Assembly (NCBI RefSeq): GCF_018350175.1
Contig: NC_058368.1
Span: 129,024,001 to 129,088,000 of the forward strand
Length of the DNA: 64,000 nucleotides
Source of the DNA: Felis catus
Taxonomy: Eukaryota
Direction of reading: 5' to 3'
Under the pieces are notes generated by a model. It did not search any database, was not told where the DNA came from, and worked only from the letters and a program-made list of their open reading frames with translations. Positions 24,136-38,774 of this stretch are shown here, one piece after another (position 1 is the stretch's first letter; each line of letters begins with the position of its first letter). A program made the translations under genes and the position numbers.

Positions 24136-25039
24136 TCTTGCTTTTTAATTGAAATTTATTTAAAAAAGCAATCTAGAAATAAATAGTTCATCTAATAAGC
24201 TGATTTTAATTGGAAACGTGTACATTGACATGGTTAATTATTAATATATATCAGAGTTGATTTGCTTCACATGACTGTGTTGTAGTAATTTTTATGTGGG
24301 GATTTAATGGAGGAAAATTTTAGATTTCTTGATATAGTAAATGACAATGTGTATAAAGTGGATGAGGTAGAAAATGTAAAGATGAAGATGGGGGGAGGTC
24401 ACAATCCGAAGCCTTCAGTTTTCCCACAGAATAGAGTCACAGTTTTGGCGTAGCATATAAAGTTAGTCTGAGCATAGGGGGATGCAGTGCTCCTACCTGT
24501 GCTTTAGATTGATAGTCTACATTGGAGTGGCAAGATGGCGGAAGCAGGCAGGGAGAGCTCATCCATTGAGGTCAGAGGCAAAGCCTGATTTAGAGAAGGG
24601 CTTTGGGAATGAAGGTGAAGCAATAGATGCAAGAGAGAATGTAGAGGAAGGCGTTTGCAAGATCCACTGTGGCCAACATGAATGAAATTAAGGAGTCTGA
24701 CATAGCCTGGAAAGTGGTACTGGTTTTGGCAGGAGATGAATAAAGTACAGGTGGATATAAATATATATTGTATATATGGAGATAGCTCCAAACACTTGGG
24801 TAGGAAGGACTGGTCATCAGAAGAAAACAGAGATGAAGATACAGATTTGGGAGCTTGCTGGACTGAGTGTATGTATATCTGTTGTGTGTGTATGTATTTT
24901 GTATGTTGTATAGTTTGTAGTAGAAAGTGTGGGAATGGATGTTGTTGTTCATAAAAAGGAAGCCTTATCCCTGGTAAGGCTGAGAACAATCCCAGGAGAG
25001 GTCCACTCCATTGCTCAGCTCCTGTGGGTACCAGTTTGC

Positions 25040-25420
25040 ATTGTCATTTGTGTGATTGGCACCCCTACGATTTGTGCAGTGGGGCAGATATATATATGAA
25101 AGGCAGATCTTAAGTTTGAGTCTCCTACTTAGGATCATTTAGATCCATGAATGCTAAGTGAAAGGTACTGAGAAAGAGGTGTTTTGACAGGTTGATGGAG
25201 AAGGATGCCAGTGCGGTATTGCAGAAGCCAGGTTAGAAGGTTTAATGGAGTAGTGTCAGACGTTGTAGAGATGTCAGAGCAAATGAGGCCTGAAAGAAGA
25301 CCTTTGTGCTTTACATTTATGAGATTATTATTAATTATCTCTAAAGGATATCCCTGTCCATGGGATGTTTGGAATGGAACACAGATTGCAAGGGGTTAAG
25401 CAGGTGAGAAGAGGAGACGT
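25040..25420 (-). mobile_element. L2 fragment
   Basis: gcagaagcca..., gtcagacgttgtagagatgtcagagcaaatgagg, cagattgcaaggggttaag. Confidence 0.45.
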
Positions 25421-25859
25421 TGGAAGTGACTTGAGGCAACATCATCATTGTGACATGATTTTATGAACTATATATAATATTATAGGGTATTTCTCGGTGA
25501 GGTAATTATGTAAAAATAAATTTGCATTTTAGAGATTATTTTGAATTGTTATAGTAATGTTTTATAATTTTCCTCATATTTTACAAATTTTCTCAAAATT
25601 TTCTTACAATACTTTGGGAATTAGTAAGATTCTCAAATTTTATTTCCCATATTGTTCATATTATCTCATATTAATTTGTACTAATTTAAAATGTTACATT
25701 TCCTATAATATTCAGGAAGCTCGTTTGTGGTATTCTCAGTATACATACCGCCTGTAGAAAATGAGTTATAGTAAGAATGAATCACCTTTGTAAGGCTGTA
25801 CAGTGAATTTCAGACTTTACATCCCTTGTTCTTTCTAGTGGACCCAAAGTACTTTCTTC

Positions 25860-26082
25860 TCTTCTTTTTTCTTTTTTTTTTTAAATGTTTATTTTTCACA
25901 GAGATAGAGACAGAGCGTGAGCAGGGGAGGAGCAGAGAGAGAGGGAGACACAGAATCTGAAGCAGACTCCAGGCTCTGAGCTGTTAGCCCAGAGCCCGAT
26001 GTGGGGCTCGAACTCATGAACTGCGAGATCATGGCTTGAGCCGAAGTCAACACACTTAACTGACTGAGCCACTCAGGCGCCC
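25860..26082 (-). mobile_element. Can-SINE
   Basis: Poly-T followed by a full reverse body. Confidence 0.92.
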
Positions 26083-26114
26083 GCTCCCCACCCCCGCCCC
26101 GAGGATTTTCTGTT

Positions 26115-26296
26115 GAATATTTATTTTGAAAGAGAGACAGAGTGTGAGTGAGGGAGGGGCAGAGAGAGAATCCCAAACAGGCTCCGTGTGTCTCCAGCGC
26201 AGAGCCTGACATGGGGCACGATCTCACAAACCGTGAGATCATGACCTGAGCTGAAATCAAGAGTTGGATACTCCACCGACTGAGCCATTGAGGCTC
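26115..26296 (-). mobile_element. Older Can-SINE, tandem with the previous copy
   Basis: gagagaatcccaaacaggctcc...ctgaaatcaagagttgg...tgagcca. Confidence 0.88.
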
Positions 26297-27319
26297 AGTA
26301 TTTTCTGATCTTGAATGCATATGTATGTAGTAGAAGTTGTAGTTAGTAATGACAGCTTACATTTCACATATGTAGGAACATAGATCTGTGTTGGGAAAAT
26401 AATATAGGAGCTTCATGTTTTGAAAAAGTTGTTGTGTATGAACCAAGACAGTACTAAGTTAGTTTATCTTGTACAGTCATTGCTAGTGTTGGGGCAGGAG
26501 GGTTAAGATGGAAGAACCTTTTGATATGGCGGAAAGTCATTTTACAATAAATAGTGACTTCCCTCCCCACCCCCCGCCTGAATTATGTAAACATTTGACC
26601 ATTTCAGCTACTTTCTTAATTCTTTTCTTAAAGAATGAGACTTAATTAAGAGATACCTTGTGTTGACGTGGACATAAAATCAGTGCTCAGTTTGCCTGGG
26701 GAAAGTTTTGGGTTTCCTTTTTCTGTTTTTGTTACTGGTTTTTAGTCTGTTTTGGGACTTGGCTAAAACTGCAGTGGGTTTTTCTTTCCTTTTTTTGTGA
26801 ACTGCATTAGCCATTCACGGAACAGAAGCAAATAGCCATTTTTAAAATTCATGTCTTCAAATGTTAATTTGATGCTTTGAGGCATAAATGACCTTTCTAG
26901 CCAGCCCAGACTTGTCAAACAAAGGAATGATAGGAACAAGCTGCTGTTTGTTCTAATACAACAGGCTGTTTTTCACAGAGAATTTCAAAACAATTTTGCT
27001 TCCCTCCTCTCTAAAACATGAAACTTCAGCCTGTGCTAGGTTTGAATTGAGAAGGAATTGTATATACACAAGTGGTTAAATGGAATCCCAACCACCTGTG
27101 CAAAACAAACCATAGGCTTCAGTTTATAGAATCTATAGATGTGTGTAGGAAGTACACGCCTGGCTTCTCAGCCCAGTGTTGGGCCCAAATGTAGTTGAGT
27201 CACTGGGTTGGAAGAGAGAAAGGAAGACCAAAAACAGTACATGAGCAGAGTGAGGCATTGCACGTAGCTTTTCTATTATTCTTGTTGCAAATTAATTGCA
27301 ATCAGTGAAATAAACTGAG

Positions 27320-27495
27320 GGAGTGTTGTGGAATGACTGCTGGACTTGGCACCTAAGGACTTTGGTTTTCACCACAGCTGGTTAAGTAGCCTTGGCCCTG
27401 ATGTGTCATCTAACCTTCTTGAGTTTCGTTATCTGTCAGATGGAAATAATACTGCTTGTTCTAGTCCATTGACAACTCTGTAAGGATGTTTGTTG
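27320..27495 (+). mobile_element. MIR (degraded)
   Basis: tctaaccttcttgagtttcgttatctgtcagatggaaataatac. Confidence 0.5.
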
Positions 27496-28569
27496 AGAGG
27501 CACCTACGACATGGATGTAGAAGTGTAAACCCTGTTGTACATTTGTCTCAATAATGATGATGTTAACGTCTCCCTTGTTTGTTCTAGATGTTGTCCACAG
27601 ATACCAACTCTTCTTTTCCTGGTTATGTAAGGAAGTAAATAAAAATTCTGAGTTTCAGTTTTTCATTGGGTTCTCATGTTCTAAAATAAATGACCCGTAA
27701 TCAGGAAGCCAACAAAGTAAAAAACAGTCCACCTATAAATACAAATCAACCCTTCTATACACTTATCCCCAAATAGTTTAATATCCAATTATTTCCTTTG
27801 AAAGTTTAATACTCCACATAGAAGAGTGAAACATGTGCTTTATGTTGGTGGATTGTTTGTTTGGTTTTTCTTCTTAGGTGTTGTGAAAAGGCATTAAAGA
27901 AGGAAACAGTTCATTTTTTGTCAAAACATTTTTTGTCATTAACCCAAATAAGCTTAAAAGAGTCACCATTATGTTCTGAAATTTTGTTTTTCTTAAGTTT
28001 AAATTGGTAGTACTGTGACAACAGACGAATTCTATTAGGTACATTTGTCTTATTGCCTTTCATTCCTGTCTAAGCAAGGCATAGAACATTTCTGCATTGA
28101 TTTATATTTGGGGATTATGTTTGATTTTTAGGAGCAAGGGAATCATTTAGAAGTTTGATAGTTGTAAAAGACTTTCTATTTACAGGCGTACAATGTGGCA
28201 TGTAGTTATACTATAGCAGAAAGGCGAACATAAGGATGTGTGTAAGAGCTAAGGAATTACTTTTGACCAAACATGGGATTGGTTTGTAGACCTAGTTTAA
28301 CTATTTATTTATGGAGGAGAGGTTGGGAGGGAGAAGAAAGTAAAAAGGAAGGAAAAGGTTTATGAAAGCAAATTCTTATAAATTTCATAAGATCCTTTAA
28401 GCTTTTACCACAGGAAACAAATACAAGTCAGATTTTATAATTTGTCATGAGCTGTTATATTTTATGAAAATGCTGGCTTTTAAAATAATCTTAACTTGGA
28501 TTTAGTAAATGGTATTTTCCCTTTACATAATTCTATTTCTAATATTTCAGTATTTGGTTGGAGCAATTT

Positions 28570-28705
28570 TATGAAAAGACCCTTGTTCTGGAAACCAAAA
28601 GATAATCATGTTCTGGACATTGTCTAGCTACTAACTAGTCATGTGACCTTGGGTAATTCACTTGAGTTCTGTGGACCTTTTGTCATTTGATAAATGATAG
28701 AAAAT
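28570..28705 (+). mobile_element. MIR (degraded)
   Basis: actaactagtcatgtgaccttgggtaattcactt. Confidence 0.55.
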
Positions 28706-29879
28706 ATAAGTAATTAAGATGTCTCAAATACCACTTAAAATCTTACTATTTTTATTCTTGGGGAATGTTATTAAAATCAGTAATGGAACTTAATTTTAGA
28801 TATAAATTCAAAATACCGTATTTGTTTTTTCCTTGAAGAGTTTTCATGTAGCCAAATGATTTAAAGCTTTTGACCACAGCTGCTACAGAAATGTGTGCAC
28901 AGCTACTGTTTTGGTAAACACAGACTAGTAACCAGATGGTAGTAATACTTTAAAAAGTTAGGCTATATGGTCTGGGAACCATCCAAATGAAATTTTCAGT
29001 GTTTTGCCTAGGTACATTGGATTTAGTACACACTAAATGAGTTTCAGTGTGTTTTATTACTGCAGTGGCTAGAAAGAACAAATAGAGTATTATGTGGAAT
29101 ACAAATAATGCTTATTAAGCTTGCAGTTGATTCCTTCTGATAGATGTTCCAAATTGCTGTCAGACTATATTTACTTACTCATAAACAGATGTGCTTTTGC
29201 TTTAAATCAGGATAACTATTGCAAACCTAGTTATGCATATTTTAAACAACTGTTAAGGATTACATGTTAAAATCATTGTTGATTAAATAAGAGGCTGATT
29301 TATTATGTTTTCTCAGGTTGTTGGTTTGTGGTGGTTTTAGATCACAAAGAACTTAATTTTGTTTTTGAAATGCTGATTAAAGATGGGATTAAAGATCAAC
29401 TAAAATTTACTTTCTGGTGTCTAACCCGTAATGTATATCTAAGATGAACAATTACTTACATATTAAAAAAAAAAACTTTAGTCACGATTTAATTATCACC
29501 AGATGAGATGTTGGTAGGAATTTAGACATCACCTGACAAGTGTTTGAACTAAACAATACAGTGGTGGTAATTTTAGTCTTAAATTTTGCAGGTTTGATAC
29601 AGTGTTGCAGAATATTTTCTCCAGGTTTAGTTTTTCTTCCATACTTGTATGTTGTTGTTAGGGTTTATTTGTTAAAATCTTTGCTAGGTGGGTGCCATAC
29701 TATTCATTAAATATATAAAACTTCTGTAGCCTCAGATTGTGACATTAATCAGATTGTGAACTAGCTTATTCATGGAAGTCTTGGTCACCATCAGCTCTTT
29801 TCTGGTTTGATGATAGGTTCTGTCTAGTTCCGTGGGTTCGTATGATAGTTCCTACTAATTTCAGATTGCTTATGTCTAG

Positions 29880-30060
29880 CATTCATGTCCACATGCATTC
29901 ACAACAAATATTTATTGAGTCATCATTATCAAATATTAGACATTATGCTGGGACACATGGGTGACCCTAATTTTCTGGAGCATACCTTCTAGAGGGAGGA
30001 TAGATGTTAAATATATAACAGATGTAAAATTGTAGTTGTAAGTGCCTGAAAGTAGAAGTA
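29880..30060 (-). mobile_element. L2 3' end
   Basis: cattcacaacaaatatttattgag. Confidence 0.65.
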
Positions 30061-32189
30061 CCTTAATGGCTTCTGCTCCTCAGAAATAGAAGTAGTTTTT
30101 TTTGATGATACTATAAAAACTGTGTAACTGGCTTGTCTTCCCAGGTTATAATGATTTCCAACCTGAAATATTCTTAATGGTTTTAATCAAAAATACTTAT
30201 CAGCCTGCACTCATTTCTACTGCCCATCGTCTAAGTTGTGTTTTGCCAGTTGACCAGAAACTGTTCTTGGATCTTGCCCTGCCTCCCTCCTCTAGCGGAG
30301 AGCAGAAGAAGGCTAAAGGAGTATGAACATCTGCTTCAGATTGCACACACTGCTAACTACATTAGCTGCTGGAAAGTTATACTAAAACCAAGCAAAAAAG
30401 ACACTGCAACATAAGGGAAGGGAAGTAGAGGCTCTACGGTTGCTTCAACAGCCACACACCTGCTTGGGAGCTTCTGAAAGACGTGGGGTGAATGGTAATG
30501 GACATGCACTGATAGATTTATTGTTTGAACTTGTGGCATCTAAACTTATACATCTGAGAGAAATATCTATTAATCTTTTAAAGTTTATGACCAGATTTTT
30601 AGGCCTCATGTTTTGGACTTTGGGTAAAAACAGATGGTACAATGCCAGTCATTCACTGTGGGCACCTCACATGGCCACTGTATCTTCATCATACCAACAG
30701 GCGTATATTCGCATCGACTACATACAAAACCAAAATCTGCTAGTTGCCTTCTGTAACCGAATGCAGTATTTGTTAACCAATGTGGATGATTGATAAAGCT
30801 AGAGTGACCTTATTTATTCATCTAAGCATGTCCTGTTAGAGCAATACTAACTGGTAAAGCGGTCCAGATGTTTGTGCCAATGTGGCACTTTTATTAATTT
30901 TGTTAACACCTACATTAATTCTTTATCGTACATCTAGTATTACATAGATTTGACTAGTATAATACTGGCATTTAGGGTACTTCTTAAAATACTGAATATT
31001 CTTAGCTTCCTGCTCAATATGAAGGTTAATGAACAAAACCAATTATAATCTGTAGGATGAGGACTATAGAGTTTAAAGCTAACCCCTCCACACCCCATTC
31101 AGAGGCTTATTCAGTGACACGTGGTACAACAATTTATAGAAAAAAAACCCTGTGTGTTTAACACAGAGTGAGTTGCTGATAAGAGAGAGACTTGCTAGAA
31201 ATATGACTTTGAACATCAGCCTTTCCAGAAAAACAACAGTTCAAATATTCTGGGTTTACTAATAGCTGTTAAAAACTTAACACCTCTCCCCCAAGACCCT
31301 CCTCCCCTATGGCAACCTAATGTAAAATCGTATCCTGGGAGCCTAGAATTCAAAGTAAATTGTTAGTAATTACAGGCCAGAAACTTGTCATGTTTGATTA
31401 CATTTCTCTGAGTCATGATTGTTCAGTATTCTGTATGCTGCTAGTTTGGACCTTCTGTTAGAGACAGCACCAGGGAGGAGGAGACCTGATAAAAGAATCC
31501 CGTATTTTTTAAGGGGAATAATTTAAAATAATGCTACTTAAGAGTACCTCATATCAGAACAAACAGGCAATGAACAGCATATAATTCTGCACATTATGCA
31601 GAGACATTAAATACACATATTAGTAAGGTAGCAGATGCTTTGGTTCTGAAATTGACATGTAAAATAGCAGTCTTTCTCTGCAGGGCTCTGCTCTAGCCAG
31701 CGCTCCTTCACATGTAATGAATAGCTAATTTCAGTCCTATGGTCCATAGGAGACTGACGGGGAACTGGGAAGAGGAAAGCATTCCAGCTCTAAGAACAGC
31801 AGGATGTGCTGAGATGTGCTTTTTAATGGAGAAACATTTTAGAACTCTTGGGGGTAAACTCATAAAGAGGGTTGTGCATGTGTTTTTTGTATTTAAATTA
31901 AGGAATTATTAATACAGTTAGACAACCAGGAGTCTGGCAGCTATATTGCAGGAGGGAAAATCAGAATTTGGTGACTGAGCTAAGCTCAGAAATACCTTGC
32001 ACTTTTGATAAATTACATACTAAAACTATGCTGGGTCTAAATGGAGCCATTTATTAGAAATAAGCATCTGAAAATGTATTTAACTTGTTGAAATTTGGGA
32101 TTAATTTGTATATAAGAAAAGTGAAATGGCTTTTATTCTTCGGCCTCAAGGAGATTTCCTTGCCATGTGAGATCTCCCTGTGTCCATAA

Positions 32190-32340
32190 TTCATTCATAC
32201 ATATATCCTTCCAGTGTTTGTTGAGCATCTGCTGTGTACCATGATGTTGTGGGAGCCCCAAAATGAATAAAATCAGTCTCCACCCTCAGGCAGTTGATAG
32301 TCTGGTGGAAAGGTAGACTTATAAATGCTGTAACTGAAAT
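32190..32340 (-). mobile_element. L2 3' end
   Basis: ttcattca...tttgttgagcatctgctgtgtacc...aaatgaataaaa...ccctcagg...tagtctggtgg. Confidence 0.65.
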
Positions 32341-32394
32341 GAAAGTAAGGATTTTATGTGTGGAGACTAGAGTTTTTAAGCTAAAAGACTGCTT

Positions 32395-32800
32395 TTTTTT
32401 TTTTTACTGTGAAATATAAAATAAATATTGAATAGTACATAAGACATATGCCTACAGTTGAACAGATACTTATGGAATTCCATTTTATGTATTCTTTGTG
32501 TTTGCTTTCATTCAGCATTATGTGATTCATCTGTGTGGTTGCTTGTAGCATGTTCATTGCTGTATAGTAATCTATTTTATATCTCTGCACTACTTTGGAT
32601 TGCTTTCAGTTTTGGGGTATCAACAAGGTTGTCAAGAGCATTCTTGACTATCTTGGTGGGTGTGTACACACACTTCTCTAGTGTAAATACACCTTGCAAT
32701 GGAAATGTTGAGTCATAGAGTCATAGAGTGTTTCAACCCCACTAGATAAGGACATACTATTATTTCTAAATGATTTGTTCCACAATGAAAAGACTTTTGA
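32395..32800 (-). mobile_element. Ancient L1 3' UTR fragment
   Basis: ttgctttcattcagcattatgtgattcatc, tggattgctttcagtttgggg, aatggaaatgttgagtcatag. Confidence 0.6.
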
Positions 32801-32822
32801 AGGATATTTGATATTGGTGCGT

Positions 32823-33033
32823 TTTTGTTTTTTTTTTTTAACGTTGATTTATTTTTGAGAGAAACTGTGAGGAGGGAAGGGGCAGAGACAGAAGGAGACA
32901 CTGAATTTGAAGTAGGCTCCAGGCTCTGAGCTGTCAGCACAGAGCCTGTTGCGGGGCTCAAACTCACGAACTGTGAGTTCCATGACCTGAGCCAGTCCAT
33001 TTAGCTCAACCAACTGAGCTACCCAGGTGCCCC
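32823..33033 (-). mobile_element. Can-SINE
   Basis: Full reverse body; TSD gatattggtg at 32810 and 33035. Confidence 0.92.
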
Positions 33034-34047
33034 AGATATTGGTGTGTGTTTTTTTTTTTTTAAGTCAAATACTTTCTCATAGGATTTGGTTTTCTCATGA
33101 GAAAATGTGGTAAGGATAATTAATTGTATGTAACTAACACATAGTTCAAAATGTCTTTTCTACCTAACGTGCAGGAATCTTTTTGAAATGCCTTATCACG
33201 ACTTAATATTTTACTCTGGTAATTGGAATCATCTTCGGCAAACGGAGGAATATTGGAAAGATCTTTGAGACTAGAAGACCTGCCACAGTTTTGTTTAATG
33301 CTATAAACAAAAGGTGATTAAAAAAAAGAGAGTATATTCAGGATACAAAAAGTTTAGTGGTTTTAAAATGTTGACCTCACATTTTGAAGTGTACTTCTAT
33401 TTTTTGTCTTCCCTAATGGAAGAAGAAAGAGGACTGATATGGTAGGGTACTCTTGTTTGAAAAATTGACAGTTCTTTGACATGAGGCCCACATCTCTTTT
33501 CAGATTTTGTGTGCAATTGAAAAATGGAGGTTTCTTAGGTGCTATTTATTAGAGGTGGTGTAGGAAAAGTACTAACTCTTCATATTGTAGGAATGTCGAT
33601 AAGAGGTAGTGGATATTCCATGTAATAAACCCCTGTTACTTTCCCAGTCAGAAGAATGTTATGAATATTAGAACAATTAGCAGAGCATTACTTTAAAGAT
33701 ACTGGGGACATTCATTTTAATTGTTTTTGGTCTTTAAATCCATTAGAAATATGAATTATTTTTGTTTTAGTTTTAAATTATGGTGAGGCTCTGCTTTTAT
33801 AATCTGTATTCATACTGAAAATCAAGATCAAAGAAGCTTTTGACCTTCTGGTCCACAGGTATGAAGACTTTTTAAATACTGACTGCTTTTTAAAAAAACC
33901 GTTTCCCCCAGGTTTCTCTGAGACCTGAATTTACAGGGTACTTAGAGTTTGTTTTTGCCACCCAGTATAGCAAAACATGTCTGAGCATGAATATTTGGGA
34001 TGTTCAGACCCAAAGCTATGTTGGTTGGTGAATAGGAAATTTTGTTT

Positions 34048-34380
34048 TATTCAGTTCAATTCAGTGAACATTTAGTGCGTGTCAGCCGTGTGCCTGGTCC
34101 TAGTAGGTACTGGGGACACAAAGATGAATAAAACAGTTTATAGTCCACTGGAACAGACAGGCATATAAACAATTCACCATAGTGTTGTGTGTGCTAAGAG
34201 CTGTAATAACAATGTGTAGAGAGTACTTTGGTGCATAGAGGACAGAACAAATACTTTACTGTGTGATATATAGGTGGTGAAGTTTTACATAGTAATGATC
34301 TTTCACTGTGTGGATGACCAGATTTGAAATAGGTCATACAGGTGATGAGGATTTCCAGAAGGAGAAGCAGCATATGTAGC
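34048..34380 (-). mobile_element. L2 3' region
   Basis: attcagtgaacatttagtg...taggtactggggacacaaagatgaataaaacag. Confidence 0.7.
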
Positions 34381-37300
34381 TGAAGAAATTGAATGAACTA
34401 ATGAGTTTTTGTTGTTCATCTAGATTGTGAATAATCTACATGAGATTATATTATGTGTAAAAGTTAAAATTTCATGGCAATTTAGGCAGTGGTTCCAAGT
34501 TTGAAATTGTTAGCCTTTCCTTTTTTTTTTTTTTTTTAACTCACTAAAATACACATACTCCTAACATTTTTTTCTCTCAGCCAGAATTCAGTAGTCAGGC
34601 AGAATCTCCTTCAACTCCTCCTGGATGTAAAGATAACTTCAGGGGTAGACTCTAGTCAGTCCACCTTTCATCATTCAAGAGATATTTTTTGATTCCAAAT
34701 CATCTGGATTCAGGAGAGTATAAGGAAGGCTTAATAAACTTAGTCCTAGCTGTATAGGGTGGTGATTTTTAATTAAAATTTAATTGAAATAGTGGTGGAC
34801 ATAACCTTAAAAATTACCCGGTTTACCTCACATTTTATATGTAGGACACTAAGGCCTAATTAATTGGTTAAGGGTCTTGTCCAAAGCTACACAGCCCAGC
34901 TGCAGGATGGGATTGGCTGAGGAGATGGTGCTGTGCAGAGCCTCTGACTGCACAGGCCCCGGCTCTGCCGTAGTTTCTGTATGCCTGCTTTTGGTCACAG
35001 ATCAGCCTCTTATTTACTGCTGTTATGGTGTAGAAAACTTAGCTGATGCAGCTAGATTTGAAACAGTATGGTATAAATAAGAAAGCCTATGTGACCATAA
35101 AAAGATTTAGCAGGTGGAAGAGAGATGCTAGAGCTGCTGGTGGGCAGTCTGAAAGGAACTGTTCAAGGAGTTTGCAACCTCAGAAAGGCATACAGGCCTT
35201 ATCTGATACATTTGGAGACAATAAAGTAAAAACATTGAACCAGGAAGTATATGGGAGCATGGTGAGAAGATTTATTTGTCATGTGGAAGTCCAAATGAGC
35301 ATATTTTAGAAGTAAGAGTAGCTGGCAGTGAAAGTTGAATGAGACTAGACTAACCTTGACTAGGGTGTTCTCTCTGACATTGAAGTATTCTGAGAAAATC
35401 ATGGTGTCGGTGGGAGTAGAGAGTGTTAGGTGAATACGGGATATTTTGACATTGTGGTCCTTGAAATGCCATTTACAAAGGGAATATGCTAGGAAACCTC
35501 ACAAAATGGTAAAACTGTCACCCTGGCTGTCCTTGTAACCAGAAGCATCTTTTCCCCCTTTGAATCCCTGCGACCATTCTGTAAGATTTCTTTTTGGCAC
35601 TTACATTTAAGAATGGCGATTCCTGGTAAGTGTTCTCTGTAATCCTAGGTTTGTGCTCATAATACAGTAGAACAGTAACTGAGGATAGCACCTTTACTCA
35701 TAGGATATATCACTGTTTATTTTCAGTCACATTGGTTTCCCATTCTGAGCCACCCAAAATGAGTTTTATAAGATAAAACTCTTTTTGTTTGAGTTGCAGG
35801 CCCGGTATTTAGCATGGACTTTTCTTCAGTGTTTAATATTACTAACAGGCATGTCACAAAGTGTTCCTGGTTAGTGTTATACAACTTTTTAAGGAATTGT
35901 TATTACTTTCTCATTTACTTTCTTGAATTTCCAGAGTTTTAATACTTTTTTATTTGATTGTTTTTAATAGCCTAGGTTTGAAAAAGGCCGTATATACTAT
36001 CTCACGACTCTCTTCTGGTTAAATTATCCCAGTCTGCTTCTAAAAAGGTGTTAAGTAGTGGTGGCAGTGGTGGTGGTAGTAGCAGTAGCAATAGTCGCAC
36101 TAGTAGTATTTTATACTGGCATTTTGTTGTCATAGTTCCAAGAGTCACATTCCCAGCATAGTTGGGATGAGTAGTGATGCTGAATGTACAAAGCGTCGTG
36201 GGGACCCGCTCAATCCCGTTCATACTCCTTGCCTCTCTGCTTCTAAGTATAGCTATTTTAGGACAGGAACAGATGTGAAGCAGATGGGAGGGCAGTCTCA
36301 GTGAAACACCTGTCCCCTGATTGACCTCTAGGTGTGATTCAGGCAGTAACTAAAAAGGAGGCTTGACTGGAAGTTTGAATTCTCAACGTACCTCACTGCC
36401 AGCTTAACCAGAAAGGCAGAGATGCGCTGGGGTGCTGAACAGTTTGGACTGACTCTGCTAACTACGTTAAGTGGAGTGAAAGAACATCCTCCTTTTCAGA
36501 AACATTTCCAAACTGATAGACCACTGCTGCTTCTTAGAAGCTCTGAACCTAGTAGCAACCCGTAAGCCTCTTGTCTTCTGACATCCTCAGCTTCTTTTTG
36601 GTCTCCTTTCTTTCTGCTGCTCTTCTTGGATTATCTTTTCCGCTTACTTTTCCCCTTCCAGTAATTTGGTAGTATCAGGTGGCAGGAAGAATGGTGATTT
36701 GTTCAAAATCTTCTCTGCTCCATCTATGAAATGGGTATTGCTGAAGGCAGTGGAAATGGATGGCTGTAGATGATTTGATCAGCCTTCGCATTCTGCCAGG
36801 AAGGGAAAGGAGTGGGAACAAATGGGGATGCCTTTCCAGACATATGTAAGTACTCTCACTTGAGATTATTTCTCATTTGGATGATTTATTAAAAAAATAA
36901 GTAATTGGTATCTCAAACAAAGGGTGCTGCTATATAAAGTATGCCTTCTACTGAATTGCCACCTTTAACACATTTTTCCCTAAAGTGGGTTAATAAAACC
37001 CTCTGTCACTTACAGGCTACTGTTGGAGATTTTTATCACTTCCTGGTTATACTTCTGTGAACTATGAATGCTTGACATAATCAGTTAATTATTATCATTG
37101 TTACTAAATATTTACAGGACTCCAGAGTAGTGAATAGTATAGAAAGCAAATGGTACCTTTACCTCCTGAGCTGGGAAAAATGATTCATGAAGGTGAAGCT
37201 TGGGACAGGGATAAGCCAGCACTCAAGGGAGAAGAAATAAATGAGGGCAGAGAGAAGGAACCCCAGGAACATTTGCCATTGGTCATATTGGGAACACTTA

Positions 37301-37711
37301 AGTAATCAAGTATATTTCTTAGAGCTATCTGTAATTTTACTTCATTTGATTGAGGCTTATTTATTTAAAGATAATGTGGTTCCAAGAAGTCTGTGTGTTC
37401 CAGAAGACTGTAGTTTGAAGCTTCTCTTACCTTAAAAGTGTGTCTGGACTCCTGAAGACTGACAGGCTGGGTTGTTGTCATTGTGATCAGTAAAAACTGC
37501 TTTGATTTAGGAGTGATTTATTCTGAGTGTTAACTGCTTACAACTGCACAGAAGAGGCAGTGGTTTGCATTTTGGCTCTTGTTCAGCTAGGGAAACTTGA
37601 GATTCCTTAGTCTTTTCAGAAAGCCTGACTAGAAAGCTGGCATCATGGCAGGAATGTTTTAGTTGGATTCAGGAAGTCAGGGTACAAATGTTAGAGCAAT
37701 TTAGATTGATA

Positions 37712-37729
37712 GACTGACTGACTGACTAA

Positions 37730-37778
<49 letters not shown>
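37712..37778. repeat. (GACT)4 followed by an (AT)~23 microsatellite
   Basis: Read directly from the sequence. Confidence 0.95.
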
Positions 37779-37782
<4 letters not shown>

Positions 37783-38609
37783 CCTAATTGTGCCTTAAAT
37801 TATAATCCTATTAAATACATTATTTAAAGTTTGTTCATGTTTCAAGAGACTTGTAGGAAGTAGTAAAACCTTCTATAAGTTTGTTATTTTCTTATTTCTC
37901 TAGTGACCTTAATTTCTCAATTTTATAGTTTTTCAAAAGCAAAATCTCACAATGCAATAAAATTCCCCTATGAAAGGAAATGTGGTTTTTAAGCTTTGGT
38001 TACTTTTGTACTCCCTGGGTGTGTGCTCACTACAGCAGTACATCTGCTAAAATTGTACCCTCTGGGTGTTTAGGAGGTTTTTTTCTTTTCAACTCAGAAC
38101 TTGACCTTAGAGCATAATTAAGTAAATAATTATTTTCATGTGGAATCAAGTATTTCTCACCGAGTAAGGGATTTAGTAAATTTAGACCGAACTAACTTAC
38201 ATTTAAAAAAATAGTTTAATATTGACCAGAGTTAGCACTTTTTGATTATACTTTTGGTATCTTATAGCTCAGTCTTGTCATAATGATAGATTTTCGCCAA
38301 ACCCCTCTTTGGGAAATACTATATTTAGGCGTGGGTATTGAGCCTAGGGCCACTTTAGTGTTATAAATTTAGAATAAGTCTGCTGTTTTTATTATAATTG
38401 GCTGTGGAAATAATTAAAAAGTTAAAGGAAGTACGTTTATCTTGATTTTTTTAATGCTGTATTTTATACCCAGGTGTGATAGCTAACTTGGGGCATTTAC
38501 TCTAGGAATCTACAAAAATATCCTAATATTTAATTTTGTGAGCATTTTATGAATAACTTGTGGCTTTTGGAAAATTGATGCATAAAATACTTCAAAATCT
38601 GAAGATATT

Positions 38610-38773
38610 TTAAAGTTTACTTACTCATTGAGGGGGAGAGAGAGAGCACGTGCATTGTCACGAGTTAGGGAAGAGGAGAGAGAGAAGGGGAGAGAGAATC
38701 CCAAGCAGGCCCTGTCAGTGTGGAGCCTGATGTGAGGCTTGAACTCATGAATCGTGAGATCATGACCTGAGCC
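38610..38773 (-). mobile_element. Can-SINE lacking its 5' head
   Basis: gagagaatcccaagcaggc...gagatcatgacctgagcc then an abrupt end. Confidence 0.85.
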
Positions 38774-38774
38774 A

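Noticed and set aside
24482..24989. Cluster of overlapping ORFs up to 161 aa
   Set aside because: Low-complexity GT/AT-rich and repeat-like sequence; no protein-like features.
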